Source: Nitrospirota bacterium
Lineage (GTDB): Bacteria > Nitrospirota > UBA9217
Assembly: GCA_963790205.1 (NCBI GenBank)
Contig: CAWBNQ010000006.1
Location: 63,152-127,151 of the forward strand
Reading direction: 5' to 3'
DNA length: 64,000 nucleotides
Every line of letters starts with the position of its first letter. The stretch's first letter is position 1. A program made the position numbers and the translations under genes. Below the pieces are notes generated by a model. That model was given only the letters and a program-made list of their open reading frames with translations, was not told the origin of the DNA and did not search any database. Of the stretch, positions 20,960 through 31,569 are shown piece by piece.

Positions 20960-22811
20960 GGCCGACCTCCGCGTGCGCGAGGGGGATCCGTATGCCGACG
21001 CGCGTGCCGAGGCCGGGCATGGAACAGAGCTCGAACTTTCCTCCGATCAGGAGCACCCGCTCTCTCATCCCGAGGAGGCCGAGTCCCCGGCGGTCTTTGA
21101 CGTCACGCGATCCCGGCGTGAACAGCAGGCCGAGGTCAAACCCTTCCCCGTCATCTTCGATGTCGACGGTTACGATATTGTCCTCGATCCTGAAGCGAAC
21201 GAAAACATTTTCCGCATGGGCATGTCTCGCAATGTTCATGACGGCCTCCTGCACAATTCTGAACAGCGTGATTTCAACCTCGGGACGGAACCGTTTGTCG
21301 GAGACCCCTGCGGAGTTGATGAAGTAGTTGACGTTGTTCTCCGCGAGATGCAGGTCAAGGAGCGATTTGACCGCCGCGGCAAGCCCGAGGTCGTCGAGCA
21401 GCGTCGGTCTCAGGTTTTGGACGATGCCGAGCACGCCGTCCCAGGCGTTTACGACGATGCCGCGAAGTGTGTCGATCGTCTCCAGGGTGGCTTCCCCGGG
21501 ATGAAGCCGGCACAGGTCGATGCGCATGAGCGCAGCAGACAGTTCCTGGAGCGTATCGTCGTGCAACTCGCGCGCGATCCGCTTCCGCTCGTCCTCCTGG
21601 CTGGAGATGACCTTTTTTAACAGCTCCTCGGCCTTCCGCTGGCTTGCGTTGATCTGCCGCGTCCGCTCTTCAACGCGTGTCTCGAGCTCCTGGGTGTGGC
21701 GGTTGATGCTTTCCCTGGATTCGACGAGTTTTCCGCGCATGGATTCGAAACTCTGGCTCAAGGTCCCGATCTCGTCGCTCCCCTGCGGCGCTACCGGCTT
21801 TGAAAGCTCCCCCCGCGCAATGCGGTCCGTTCCGCGTATCAGCTCCTTCAGCGGGTCAACGATACTGCGGCTTATTCCTATCGTGAGAATGAACGCCGTC
21901 CCGATGAATATGACGGCAAGGGTCGCGAACGTCCCTATCAGCTTGCGGGCAGGCGCAAAAATGTCTTCCCGCGGCTCCTGGATCGAGATGCCCCAGGGCG
22001 CCATTTCGAGGGGGGCGAAGGCCAGGATCATGTCCCTTTTATCGCTTGCGTTGTTGGCGCTATGGCAATGATGGCACCTTGCAACGCGCTCTTTTTTTTG
22101 GGAGATGAGGGTGGTGAAAAAATTGTTCCGGTTGTACTGGGTCAACGTATGCGAGGGGTCCGACGACGAGATGACGACGCCGTTCGAGTCGACGATGTCG
22201 ATAAAGTTTTTTTTGCCCGTGTCGATCAATCCCAGCATCCGGGTCAGGGAGGGGTTCGTCGGATCTATCTCTCCGCCGACGATGCCGACGTCGTTGCCGC
22301 TCTTGTCCTTCAGCGGCACCAGCACGAAGAGCACCTTTTTTCGTGACGGTTCGATGGTGTAAATGCTGGAGACCACCGGCCGCCCCTGGGCGAGTATCCT
22401 GCCGATGGGCTCGATGCTCGTGACGTTGATGGCCGCGTCCCTGATCCTTTCCGGATAATTCAGGATTATATTGCCGTGCTTGTCCAGAAGAAAAATACCG
22501 TCGGTGAAGATGGAGTACCGGTAGGCCGTTCTGAGGGCGTCGCGCTCCGGGCCGAAATCATCGTCAGTCAGATCGATCTTGCCGGAAAGCGACAGGTCGT
22601 AGAGCCTGCTGATGTTGTCTTTTATGATATTGTCGATATTGTTCCTGATGAGGTGGGCCAGGTCCAGCTTCCTGTTCAGGGACTCCTCGATGTTCTTCTG
22701 GATGATATAGTAACTCGCGATGCCGAGGGTCAGAAGGATGATGGCTATCCCCGTCATGATGGTCAGGGTAATCCTCTTGCGCAGGCTTCCTTTTCGTTCG
22801 ACCATACTCAA
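20952..22811 (-). CDS. Sensor histidine kinase (Cache-like domain with CxxCH, HAMP, HisKA_3)
   Basis: Two TM segments, CHHCH in the sensor domain, ERKRIARELHD, DDGEGF and GLGLLGMRER. Confidence 0.92.
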   Translation of the reverse strand: MSMVERKGSLRKRITLTIMTGIAIILLTLGIASYYIIQKNIEESLNRKLDLAHLIRNNIDNIIKDNISRLYDLSLSGKIDLTDDDFGPERDALRTAYRYSIFTDGIFLLDKHGNIILNYPERIRDAAINVTSIEPIGRILAQGRPVVSSIYTIEPSRKKVLFVLVPLKDKSGNDVGIVGGEIDPTNPSLTRMLGLIDTGKKNFIDIVDSNGVVISSSDPSHTLTQYNRNNFFTTLISQKKERVARCHHCHSANNASDKRDMILAFAPLEMAPWGISIQEPREDIFAPARKLIGTFATLAVIFIGTAFILTIGISRSIVDPLKELIRGTDRIARGELSKPVAPQGSDEIGTLSQSFESMRGKLVESRESINRHTQELETRVEERTRQINASQRKAEELLKKVISSQEDERKRIARELHDDTLQELSAALMRIDLCRLHPGEATLETIDTLRGIVVNAWDGVLGIVQNLRPTLLDDLGLAAAVKSLLDLHLAENNVNYFINSAGVSDKRFRPEVEITLFRIVQEAVMNIARHAHAENVFVRFRIEDNIVTVDIEDDGEGFDLGLLFTPGSRDVKDRRGLGLLGMRERVLLIGGKFELCSMPGLGTRVGIRIPLAHAEVGHA

Positions 22812-22865
22812 GTATATACCAAGGAGCGCAAAAATGTAAGATGGGAGGCAATATTAGTCGGGGTA

Positions 22866-23624
22866 TCAGCCCCGGCGGCGGACCTCTTCGACCTCCGCTT
22901 CACGCTCACGGATTGCATCTTTCTGCATTTGTGTGCGGATCTCTTCGGGAGTACGATCCTCGATCCTGGCAAGTTCGTGGAGATGTTCACGGACCATGCG
23001 GTCCCTCGGTATATACCCGGTAAAAATGCTGACGTTCAGGGGAAAAACCTCCGGGCTGAAAATAGCGTTATAAATGTGCCATCCTGCAATAATAAGCAAT
23101 ACGACCAGGGCCTCCTCCGAGTGCAGCACCTTGGCGAGGGGCACGAGCTCGCCGGTCATGAACCGGGTAAAGAACACGGGCTGCCAGAGGACGGCGCCGG
23201 AGCCCATCATCATAAGGCCGCCGGTAAGAATGCCCCAGTACTCGAATTTCTGGGTGTAATTGTATTTGCCGCTTGCGGCGGGAAAATTTTCAATTCCCAA
23301 ATAGTACTTGATATTATGCACGGCGCTCGTAAAATCGTTCTTCGTGATGATGATGGAAGGCTGCCATTTTCTGATGATGGTTCCGTAGATGGCGGCGGCG
23401 ATGTGGACGACGGCCGCGATTGAAAAGAGAAGACCGGCACCGCGGTGTATGATCCGCGCATTATCGATTCCGCCGAGCTTGAGTATGAACCAGATCGAGA
23501 TATCGGAGGAATAAAATTTTTGAGACAAGCCGGTCGCAACCAGAACGCAAAAGGTCACGATCTGTACCAGGTGCTCTATGATGCGGGCTGTGCTGAATCT
23601 GCGGTATGTGTCCTTCATGGTCAC
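22866..23624 (-). CDS. Cytochrome b (FdnI/Ni-hydrogenase cytochrome b-like) membrane subunit
   Basis: EH..IHR..H..KYNYTQKFEYW..LHSEEA..WHIYN with TM helices. Confidence 0.85.
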   Translation of the reverse strand: MTMKDTYRRFSTARIIEHLVQIVTFCVLVATGLSQKFYSSDISIWFILKLGGIDNARIIHRGAGLLFSIAAVVHIAAAIYGTIIRKWQPSIIITKNDFTSAVHNIKYYLGIENFPAASGKYNYTQKFEYWGILTGGLMMMGSGAVLWQPVFFTRFMTGELVPLAKVLHSEEALVVLLIIAGWHIYNAIFSPEVFPLNVSIFTGYIPRDRMVREHLHELARIEDRTPEEIRTQMQKDAIREREAEVEEVRRRG

Positions 23625-23647
23625 TCTCCTTCGATTTCCGGCTCCGT

Positions 23648-25096
23648 TTACCGGTTGATGGCATAGCGCCAGATGTGCAAAAGGATCTGGAGCACCAGTC
23701 CGATGATCATGATGGGGATGAATATTTTAAAGACCATTCCGGCGATGAATACGAGCGGCGCGCGGGTAAGGCTCGGCTCGTAATGGGAGAGCCAGGTGTC
23801 GGGAAAACGCTCGTTCGCGTCAGGATGGCACGTTTGGCAGCGTTTCAACAGATTCTTCTTTACGATGGTCGCATCGGGCCCCACGGTGCTTGTTATATTA
23901 TGCCTCCCGTGGCAATCGGTGCAGACGGCGATCGGTTTTCCTAGTTTATAATTTTCTCCCCGCTGTATTTTATAAAGCCCCAGGGTAACTCCGTGAAAAT
24001 CCGACAAATAGGTTTTTACGACGTCCGTCGAGAGCCCGTATTTTCCGACGATCTCTTTCTTCGCATGACAGTTGCTGCACATCTCGGGGATCCGCTCGCG
24101 GTAATCCAGGGAAAAAGGGTCCAGGATGGTGTGCGCCGTATGGCAGTCCGCGCACACCGGCACGTCCTGGTTGTGCTCATTGAACAGGGCGTTGCCGTGA
24201 ACGCTTTTCGCATAGACGTCGTATTCCTTCGAGTGACAGCGCTGGCAGCGCTTTGCGCTGGCGGCCCGTTCCCTGCCCACGCGCGCGATTTCGTGAGAGC
24301 CGTGGCAGTCGATGCAGACCGGCGCGTTCATCTGTCCCTGGCTGAGGATCGCATAGTGGATGCTTTCGAGCGTCTTGGTGTATTTGTCGAAGTGGCAGCG
24401 TCTGCAGCTTTCCGAGGAAGCCAGCGTGAAATCCCTGGCGGTCCTGAAGTTTCTTTGCGGGTGCTCGTCCGAAGAAAAGCCGAAGTGGCAGTCCGAGCAG
24501 TCGAGCTTCCCGTGTACGGACGTCTTCAGCAGCAGGATGTCAACCTGCATTGCCCGGCGCTCGCCGTTTTTAAAGCGCAGCGTCGTTCGGCGCTCATGGC
24601 ACCGCATGCAGTACTGCTCCTCGCTCGCCGGAGCGCCTTTCCCCGATATGCGGACGATCGCATGGGAACCGTGGCAATTGGTGCATACCAGCGCCTTTCC
24701 CTGTTGCTCTTCCGCGAGCAGCTCGGCGTGGACGGAGCCTTTTTTTATCTGCTCGTCCGTATGGCAGCGCCTGCATATCAGGGCGGATTTAATGCGATAT
24801 TGCGCTTTGCTCTTGAACGTTCTTGCCGGATGTTTCCCGTCAGCAAAATCGGCATGGCAGGCTGAGCAAGCCAGCGAACCGTGAACAGACCCCTTGAATT
24901 TACCGGGGTCCACGGAGGCTGCCTGGGTCTCATTGTTTCGAAAGGACATGCTGAGCCCCGGCTTTGCGTGGCAGCCCAGGCAATGCCGGATCTCTCCGGA
25001 AGAGGGAAATTGTTCCGACCCGGCCAGGATGGGCAGGAGGAGGACCAGGATGAAAAACAGGGCCGCTGCAAACAGTTTTGCTCTCATTCCTCTCAT
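23648..25096 (-). CDS. Multiheme cytochrome c (13 CxxCH) with C-terminal membrane anchor
   Basis: Signal peptide, 13 CxxCH motifs counted, and a C-terminal TM segment. Confidence 0.92.
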   Translation of the reverse strand: MRGMRAKLFAAALFFILVLLLPILAGSEQFPSSGEIRHCLGCHAKPGLSMSFRNNETQAASVDPGKFKGSVHGSLACSACHADFADGKHPARTFKSKAQYRIKSALICRRCHTDEQIKKGSVHAELLAEEQQGKALVCTNCHGSHAIVRISGKGAPASEEQYCMRCHERRTTLRFKNGERRAMQVDILLLKTSVHGKLDCSDCHFGFSSDEHPQRNFRTARDFTLASSESCRRCHFDKYTKTLESIHYAILSQGQMNAPVCIDCHGSHEIARVGRERAASAKRCQRCHSKEYDVYAKSVHGNALFNEHNQDVPVCADCHTAHTILDPFSLDYRERIPEMCSNCHAKKEIVGKYGLSTDVVKTYLSDFHGVTLGLYKIQRGENYKLGKPIAVCTDCHGRHNITSTVGPDATIVKKNLLKRCQTCHPDANERFPDTWLSHYEPSLTRAPLVFIAGMVFKIFIPIMIIGLVLQILLHIWRYAINR

Positions 25097-25246
25097 GGCG
25101 AAGCCCTCTCAAAGTGCGGGGTCTTCCTGACGGGCGGCGTCAAGCCGGGACACGGGCGGCGGGGCATGATTGTTCCCAAAGCCGCGGCAGGCCGGACGCC
25201 ACCGTCAAGAAGGGTGCCCCTTGGATGACGGCTTTTCAATACCAGC

Positions 25247-26500
25247 CTAATGAGTCTCCCGGTAATCCGGGTGAGCGTGAAGCACGGGCATACGGTTCAA
25301 GATCCACCGGAAAAGCAGGATGTGGATCGTCGCGATCGCCATAACAACGGCGGCTTCCTTCCAGGGCGGAATGATGTGGTGGAGATGATGCGGAAGCTGC
25401 CAGTTCAATGCGATGATCGAGACATTGATCCTGTTGACGATGATCCCGAAAACAGCATAGAAGCCCGCAAACCGCACCGCAGCGACGCTCTGCTTCTTAA
25501 CGCCGTAGGTGAACAGGAGCGCTGGGGCCAGGACGAAGCCCAAAAGCTCGACGAGGAACCAGTATCCGTAGGGAGTGTTCAGGTAATGCCAGTTGTCGTC
25601 ATGGGCGATGCCGATGATCTTGAATACGAAGTATACATACATACCCACGGCGGCGCCCTGCCCCAGGCCGAGCGTCAGCTTGGGAAGGCTCTCGAGGAAC
25701 TCGCTGTCGCACCTTTTTTTCAGGAACCGGGCCGCGAGGGTGCTCACCATGATCACCATAGCAAGGGCCGCGTAGACGCTCGAGCTGAGGAAGAACACCG
25801 GGAGGTAGGAACTGTACCACAGCGGGTGCAGTTTCCCCGGGACCAACAGGTACATGGCGCCGAGTGCGGACTGGTGGAGCGTCGAGAGAATGATGCCGGC
25901 AATGGTCATGCCGATCGTGAGCATCACCGCCCATCTGCGCACCCTCTGTGACTTGAGCCATTCCAGTATGGCGGGGCTGAATTCAACGAACTGGACCGTC
26001 AGGTACGTGGCCACATGCCATGCCACCAGGAACAGCACCGATTGCGTGCCGAACCCGATCATCATGGGGTAGTAGATCCTCCACGGTCTGCCCAGGTCTA
26101 CGAGCAGATAGATCACCGCGAAGAGGTAGCCCAGGAAGCCGGTCAGGACGCCCAGCCTTAACAGCGGATGGTATCTCTTAAACCCGAAAATGTAATATGC
26201 CGTCGCCATGATAAAACCCGTGGCCGAAAGCGGCACCCCGCCGAAAAGCCCCCAGCCGAGGTACAGTCCCCAGGGGTATTCGTTCGAAGCATGAGTGGCG
26301 AATGCAAGTCCGTAATAGAACCGGAGCGCCAAAATGGGCAGTCCGACGCTCAGGATGATCGCAGCGACGATGTTGAAGGGAGTGAGCAGGCTCCGGAAGT
26401 AGTCGGGCCAGGTCATGCCCATCAGCAGTTTTCCCATGAACCAGGAGCGAAACTCCACCGGGGCCGCCTCCGGCCTTTTCATGACAATGTCCGTATTCAT
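25247..26500 (-). CDS. NrfD/PsrC-family (HmcC/HybB-like) membrane protein
   Basis: [23 protein letters not shown] and KLHPLWYS motifs. Confidence 0.9.
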   Translation of the reverse strand: MNTDIVMKRPEAAPVEFRSWFMGKLLMGMTWPDYFRSLLTPFNIVAAIILSVGLPILALRFYYGLAFATHASNEYPWGLYLGWGLFGGVPLSATGFIMATAYYIFGFKRYHPLLRLGVLTGFLGYLFAVIYLLVDLGRPWRIYYPMMIGFGTQSVLFLVAWHVATYLTVQFVEFSPAILEWLKSQRVRRWAVMLTIGMTIAGIILSTLHQSALGAMYLLVPGKLHPLWYSSYLPVFFLSSSVYAALAMVIMVSTLAARFLKKRCDSEFLESLPKLTLGLGQGAAVGMYVYFVFKIIGIAHDDNWHYLNTPYGYWFLVELLGFVLAPALLFTYGVKKQSVAAVRFAGFYAVFGIIVNRINVSIIALNWQLPHHLHHIIPPWKEAAVVMAIATIHILLFRWILNRMPVLHAHPDYRETH

Positions 26501-27522
26501 TTTTTCACCTCCTCTTTTTTCTCCTCTTTTTTCTCCGCGCTTTTGTTTTCCTCATCGATCGCGTCCCGGTGACGCAAGGCCGCGTAGATGGTCCCGAACA
26601 GGGCGGGCCATGCCGTCAGCACGATGGGGACCGCCCCGAGGAACCCTTTCGTTTCTTCGATAAGCGGTTTTTTGGGAAGATTGGTCGGGAAGCCGAGCTG
26701 CTCGAAGGGAACGCCCGCGATGTACATCCAGTTCGTCCCGCCGACTTCGTTCTCTCCGTAAATGTGGTCTACATACTGGCCGGGATTGTCCGCTATCTTC
26801 TTCCGGGCGAGCTTCAGCAGGTCCTCGCGCTTTCCGAAGGTGAGCGCTCCCGTGGGACAGGCTTCCGCGCACGCGGTGATCTTGCCCTCCTTGATCCGGG
26901 AATAGCACATGGTGCACTTCTGGATCCGCGGCTCCAGGGCGCTCCAGTAATCGTAGGCCGGGATACCAAAGGGACAGGCGGTCATGCAGTACCGGCACCC
27001 GAAGCAGAGGTCCGGGTTGTACGTGACCGGGCCTTCCGGGGTCTTGGTATACGCGTGGATCGGACAGGACGTAAGACAGGCCGGCTCCTTACAGTGGTTG
27101 CATTGGACCTTGCGGTAGATAGGCTTGCTCTTGTCCTTGGGGTTTTCATACCGGTTGACCACGGTGTACGCCTTTTGCGTGGGCATCCTCGTTTCTTCGA
27201 ATACCGAGCTGTCGTCAAAAGGCTTGTCCGGCGCGGGCAGCTTGTTTGCCTCATTGCAGGCCTTTTCGCAGCTTCGGCATCCGACGCAGGCCGTCAGATC
27301 GGTCAGGACCCCATAGCTGTTCGGCCATCCGGAAAAGTCCGCGGACGCCCGCGCCACCCCCTGCGTGCCGACCAGGGTCACGCCGGTGATCGTTGCGACG
27401 GTCCCCAGGAATGCCCGTCTGTTCATTCCCTTGGTTTCCTGCCGCTCAGGACCGTCCCCGCCGGTTTTCTCCCCAACGGTTTCATCCTTCTTCTTGACGG
27501 GTTCATTCGGATTATGGTTCAT
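26497..27522 (-). CDS. Tat-exported 4Fe-4S protein (HmcB/HybA-like)
   Basis: NRRAFLG Tat motif and Cys clusters CVGCRSC, CNHC..C...[14 protein letters not shown] and KCTMC..CAEACP. Confidence 0.92.
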   Translation of the reverse strand: MNHNPNEPVKKKDETVGEKTGGDGPERQETKGMNRRAFLGTVATITGVTLVGTQGVARASADFSGWPNSYGVLTDLTACVGCRSCEKACNEANKLPAPDKPFDDSSVFEETRMPTQKAYTVVNRYENPKDKSKPIYRKVQCNHCKEPACLTSCPIHAYTKTPEGPVTYNPDLCFGCRYCMTACPFGIPAYDYWSALEPRIQKCTMCYSRIKEGKITACAEACPTGALTFGKREDLLKLARKKIADNPGQYVDHIYGENEVGGTNWMYIAGVPFEQLGFPTNLPKKPLIEETKGFLGAVPIVLTAWPALFGTIYAALRHRDAIDEENKSAEKKEEKKEEVKK

Positions 27523-27566
27523 ACCGTTCTCCTTTGATGAAGTATTTTCCTTCCCCGCATCCCCCG

Positions 27567-28031
27567 CTATTTCCGTGCGTCCTGAGCGACGTTGCCGGTC
27601 TTTCTGGCATGGCATAGCTCCGTGCAGCCCTTGGGGTCCGTGCCGATGTCGCCCATGCCGCGATGACACTTGAAACACTGGCGGTGGTACGCGGTCTTGA
27701 GGCCGGGCATGGAGGCGTTGTCGCGGTCAAAGGTGCTGTGACAGTTTTTGCAGGGCATAAAGCTGTGGGTGACCGAATTCTTAAATGTTTCCGGGGACAA
27801 CTTATGACACTGCTTGCACGGCAGCCCGTCACCCACGCTGTGCTCGTGATGACAGGCAGCGCAACTGCCCGCGAGGGAGACATGTTTCGGGTGATCGAAC
27901 TTCACCGGGGTGTAGGCATCCTTGATGCTGTCCAGGATGCGCACCCCCGGCGCATCCGCCGCAGCGCCGATGAGCGCCGCGGCGAGAAGGCAAAAGCTTA
28001 TGACCACGGTGATGCCGAGTATTTTTCTCAT
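27567..28031 (-). CDS. Class III cytochrome c (c3-like)
   Basis: Signal peptide, VKFDHPKH, four CxxCH plus CTELCH. Confidence 0.9.
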   Translation of the reverse strand: MRKILGITVVISFCLLAAALIGAAADAPGVRILDSIKDAYTPVKFDHPKHVSLAGSCAACHHEHSVGDGLPCKQCHKLSPETFKNSVTHSFMPCKNCHSTFDRDNASMPGLKTAYHRQCFKCHRGMGDIGTDPKGCTELCHARKTGNVAQDARK

Positions 28032-28070
28032 TGATCCGTCCTTTCATCGAATATGCATCGGCAGAAGGCG

Positions 28071-28487
28071 TTATTTCTTCGCGTTCTTGCCTGCGTTGGC
28101 CTCTGTCTGCTTCTTTTGTTTGCCCGTGAAATAGGCTTCCATGGGCCGCCATTCAAAGGACACGTCCCTGCCCAGGAGCGTGGACACGCCCTTGACGAGC
28201 AGGTTCACGGCCTCGGACAACAATACAAAGAAGAAACCGACGGGCAGCATGACGATATACGCCAGCCCGATGAACGGGGCGGCGGCTATCTTGCCGGCGA
28301 ACTTCATGGTGTCCCGATAGCCGTTCTGTTTGAGGTGCTCAAGGTCCTCCTTGCCGGCGCTGACGACCGTGGCGAACGGCCGGGGCTTCAGGATCTCCCA
28401 GAACAGGAGAAATCCTCCGATGAACAGGATCGATAATATGTATTCAATTCCTTTTACCCGGGTTATGAAATCTACGAGTGTATGCAT
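28071..28487 (-). CDS. Small membrane protein with an HmcD-like N-terminus
   Basis: MHTLVDFITRVKGIEY.., TM segments, and an AGGAGG RBS. Confidence 0.65.
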   Translation of the reverse strand: MHTLVDFITRVKGIEYILSILFIGGFLLFWEILKPRPFATVVSAGKEDLEHLKQNGYRDTMKFAGKIAAAPFIGLAYIVMLPVGFFFVLLSEAVNLLVKGVSTLLGRDVSFEWRPMEAYFTGKQKKQTEANAGKNAKK

Positions 28488-28589
28488 GGTGTTCCTCCTT
28501 TGTGCCGGCGGCGCTGACGCCGCCGGGCAGGGTGAGTACGGTTCGCTTCGGCACACGAGGACCGCCCATCCGCCCATCCGCTTCGGCGG

Positions 28590-28934
28590 CTACTTCGCAT
28601 CTTTTTTGTCCTTTTTCTTTTTCCCGGCGAGGTACGCCGTTCTCGGCCTCCATCCGAAGGAAAGGCTTTTTCCGATCAGATTGAAGACTCCGCCGACAGC
28701 CTTCCGTCCTGCAACGGCCGCCACGGTGGCGATCCCGATGAACGGAAGGAGTACGACGTACAGCAGGCCGATGACCGGCCCCGCGAGCAGCATGAAGCCC
28801 GCGGAGATCCTGAGATAGGTCGACGAATTGCCTCCGCTCAGAATTGCCTCGTCTGCCACGTCGATCCGCTGTCCGCTCGACAGTTCCCAGTACGTGCCCT
28901 TTTCAACCTTGTTTCCGCCTTTGTACGTTAGCAT
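28590..28934 (-). CDS. Small membrane protein, paralog of the C-terminal half of 28071-28487
   Basis: Shares P.IGL.Y...LP and SF.WRP..AY..GK motifs; AGGAGG RBS. Confidence 0.7.
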   Translation of the reverse strand: MLTYKGGNKVEKGTYWELSSGQRIDVADEAILSGGNSSTYLRISAGFMLLAGPVIGLLYVVLLPFIGIATVAAVAGRKAVGGVFNLIGKSLSFGWRPRTAYLAGKKKKDKKDAK

Positions 28935-29242
28935 GATTTGTCACCTCCTTTCTTATTGTTGATTCGTTTATAGCACGGGCCGCGTCATTTGGAAATTGGA
29001 TGAAGTGCCTATTCGGATAGGTATTATGTCTTAGTGTGGCGCACGGGAACGGCGTTGAAAATCTTATACTAAAGTTGCAGACGAGGTTTGATGGGAAGAG
29101 CGCACTTTTGGATGGTTCCGCGATGGTAAGAAAAGCAGGGGGATGATTCATTCAGTTGTTGCTTGAAACAACGGCGATGGAGCTTGTTGAAGGGAAGGTC
29201 TTGACGCCGAAACTGCGGAGAGCGCGGCGTTTTAAGAGCCTA

Positions 29243-29776
29243 TCAGCGAAGCATGCTGCCGGCGATCTTGGTCAACTCAAAGGGCGCGGCCTTCATGAAC
29301 GCCGTGACGGTGTAAGGCCCTTCTTTCCAGGTTATCCCGCTGCAGGGCTCGTTCTTTGCGCACTCTCCGACAACGAGTACGGCATTCCGTCCTTTCATGA
29401 TAAAGGGAACTGTTTCTTTGATGGCGGTTAAAGCGATCGCACGTCCGGCCGGGAACGCTCCGCCCTGGGACTGGGAAAGCACGAGGACGATCTCACCGCT
29501 GCCCGCATCTTTGAACTCCATGACAACGGCGGGAAAGGGCCTGCCCTGGGCCAGGATCTCCGACGGCGGCCAGACGATGTGCTGCGGGAAATAGGACGGC
29601 ACATAAATATCACGAATGTTCAGGGAGGTCCTGACCTCCTCGATACTCCGGTATCGTCTGAGGGTGTCCTTCTGAAAGGCCATGGGGACCCAGTTCATGA
29701 CTGCCAGAAGGACGACGAGCGCCCCGATGGCAAGGGCAAAAGAGAGAAAGCCGGCGGTTCTGTTCATCGTTCTCAT
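29243..29776 (-). CDS. Hypothetical membrane-anchored protein
   Basis: N-terminal TM segment, YVPSYFP motif and RBS. Confidence 0.65.
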   Translation of the reverse strand: MRTMNRTAGFLSFALAIGALVVLLAVMNWVPMAFQKDTLRRYRSIEEVRTSLNIRDIYVPSYFPQHIVWPPSEILAQGRPFPAVVMEFKDAGSGEIVLVLSQSQGGAFPAGRAIALTAIKETVPFIMKGRNAVLVVGECAKNEPCSGITWKEGPYTVTAFMKAAPFELTKIAGSMLR

Positions 29777-29794
29777 GGTCTCCCCCTTGTACTG

Positions 29795-29968
29795 CTTAGA
29801 CCCATTGTTGTACCATCTCGCTTGGGTCAGAAGCGTAGACGCTTTGTCGTACCCTCGCACGAAGAAGCATGCGAGGGGAATCAATGACCGCAGAGACGGG
29901 AATCAAGGGTAATGCTTAGACCCATTGTCTTACCATCTCGCTGAGAATCGCGAGACGGGAATCAAGGG
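29795..29968. repeat. Tandem and nested copies (B, C, D) of the structured 54-bp repeat
   Basis: B 29795-29909 contains C 29844-29884; D is 29915-29968. Confidence 0.85.
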
Positions 29969-29970
29969 TG

Positions 29971-30957
29971 TCAAACGACAAAGTAGTTCAGGACCGTAAT
30001 GACCAGCAGCGTGATCACGAAGAGCGCCATTCCGCTTTCCCGGGTGCGCGGCGCTCCGCGCTCAAGCCTTGTGATCCTGCTTTCCAGATGCAGATTATGG
30101 CTGTATTCTTCGAGCGGGACTGCCGGGATCTTTCGTTCGTCCGTTTCGAGGCGCGCCTCAGGCTTGTGATAAAATTTCCCGAGCGCCCCGGCGAGCGCCT
30201 TCGGGTTCCCCGTCAGGGAAACGGCGATGTCGTCGCATATCTTTTCTTCATCCCTGACAGCGCGCCTGAACTTAACGAGCACCGCGGGATTAAAGAACAG
30301 AACGGCCCGAAGGACGAACACCGCGATCAGAAGGGGGCGCCTGCTTCGCGCGATGTGGGCGAGCTCATGCGCCAGGGCCGCATGCAGCTCGTCTTCCGTC
30401 AGCGTTTCCCTGAGGCCCGCGGATATGAAGATGACGGGGTCCCGCCCCGTCGACGAGAAGAGCACGGGCTCGTCCTCGTCGAGGATGAGGACCTCCGGCG
30501 CTTCCAGGGACAGGGCTTTGGAGGCCTTTTCCACGAACGGTTCCGGCGCGCACTGCGTCCCGTCGTGCTCGGCGTTTCCCGACTCCAGTGTATGCTTGAC
30601 GACCGGGATGGTCTCCTGGAACAGGAACACCAGGGACGTGGCAATGAGCACGATGAGGAACAGCAGGCCGAGCGGCACGGCCCCCCCGATTTCCCAGTTG
30701 AGCCATCGGTTCACGTCGAAGAGCGCGTCCAGTCTGAACTGCGCCGAAGACCTTTCTGCGTTGATCGCCTGATACAGGGGAAAAGAAAAGATCGGGAAGA
30801 TAACGGCGATGAGGTGAAAGCGCTGCTGCACCGCGGGATCGTCGATCTTCCACGCTTTCACTGCGCGCTCGGTGATGACGGCCGCAATAAGAGAGTGGCA
30901 GAACGACTGGGCCACGTACATGCCGGCGTAGGAATTGAAGAACGTCGATATACTCAT
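29971..30957 (-). CDS. M56/M48 (BlaR1-like) membrane zinc peptidase
   Basis: AHELAH, FFNP and EKICDD motifs with TM helices. Confidence 0.85.
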   Translation of the reverse strand: MSISTFFNSYAGMYVAQSFCHSLIAAVITERAVKAWKIDDPAVQQRFHLIAVIFPIFSFPLYQAINAERSSAQFRLDALFDVNRWLNWEIGGAVPLGLLFLIVLIATSLVFLFQETIPVVKHTLESGNAEHDGTQCAPEPFVEKASKALSLEAPEVLILDEDEPVLFSSTGRDPVIFISAGLRETLTEDELHAALAHELAHIARSRRPLLIAVFVLRAVLFFNPAVLVKFRRAVRDEEKICDDIAVSLTGNPKALAGALGKFYHKPEARLETDERKIPAVPLEEYSHNLHLESRITRLERGAPRTRESGMALFVITLLVITVLNYFVV

Positions 30958-31569
30958 AGCTCGGGAAACGCGGTACCTGCCCGGGTCAGCCGCTTCGCTC
31001 CGCCGCAGGGAGCGCCAGGCTGCTTTGCCCCGGTTCTACGGCTCATACACGGCTCCGCAACGCTTTGGCTCCGCGCGCGCTGCCCTGGTTGATGTGTCAT
31101 CATCTCGCGGCTTGCGGCGCGTTTTCCGCGCCTGTGCTCAGCGGTTGCCCTGCCGAGCAGTCACGGAACGCGGAAGGGAACTGGGACGCTCCTCTTCGCG
31201 GGAGGGAATTGCGGATATTATAGCGGAATAAGACATCCGTTGCCACAAAAAGATTATGCCGCGGTACTGTCGCATTCGCGTAAACACTCATAAGCGCTGG
31301 GTGCAGGCTCGTAAACGCTGGGCGCAGGCAGAGGGCACCGGGGAATACCGGGGTAAAACCCAAACGCGTTGAGTCTTATCAATAAGATGCTCTTGCTCTC
31401 GTGGTTTAATGACAAGACAAAGCAAACGGGGCTGGTAATAAAAAGAGCGCAGAAGGGGAGGGAGGACAGGGAGGAAGTTACCTCCCTGCATTCAAGACCT
31501 TCTCTGTGGTTAATTTTTGACATTACGCATGCCGCTGCGGGAAGCAACGCATGAAGAACTTCTATTGAC

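Noticed and set aside
29795..29968. CRISPR array
   Set aside because: The copies are nested or adjacent without unique regular spacers, and no cas genes are present.
31100..31260. Riboswitch upstream of the M56/cytochrome cluster
   Set aside because: A hairpin (TTCCGCG..CGCGGAA) is present, but I recognise no aptamer consensus.
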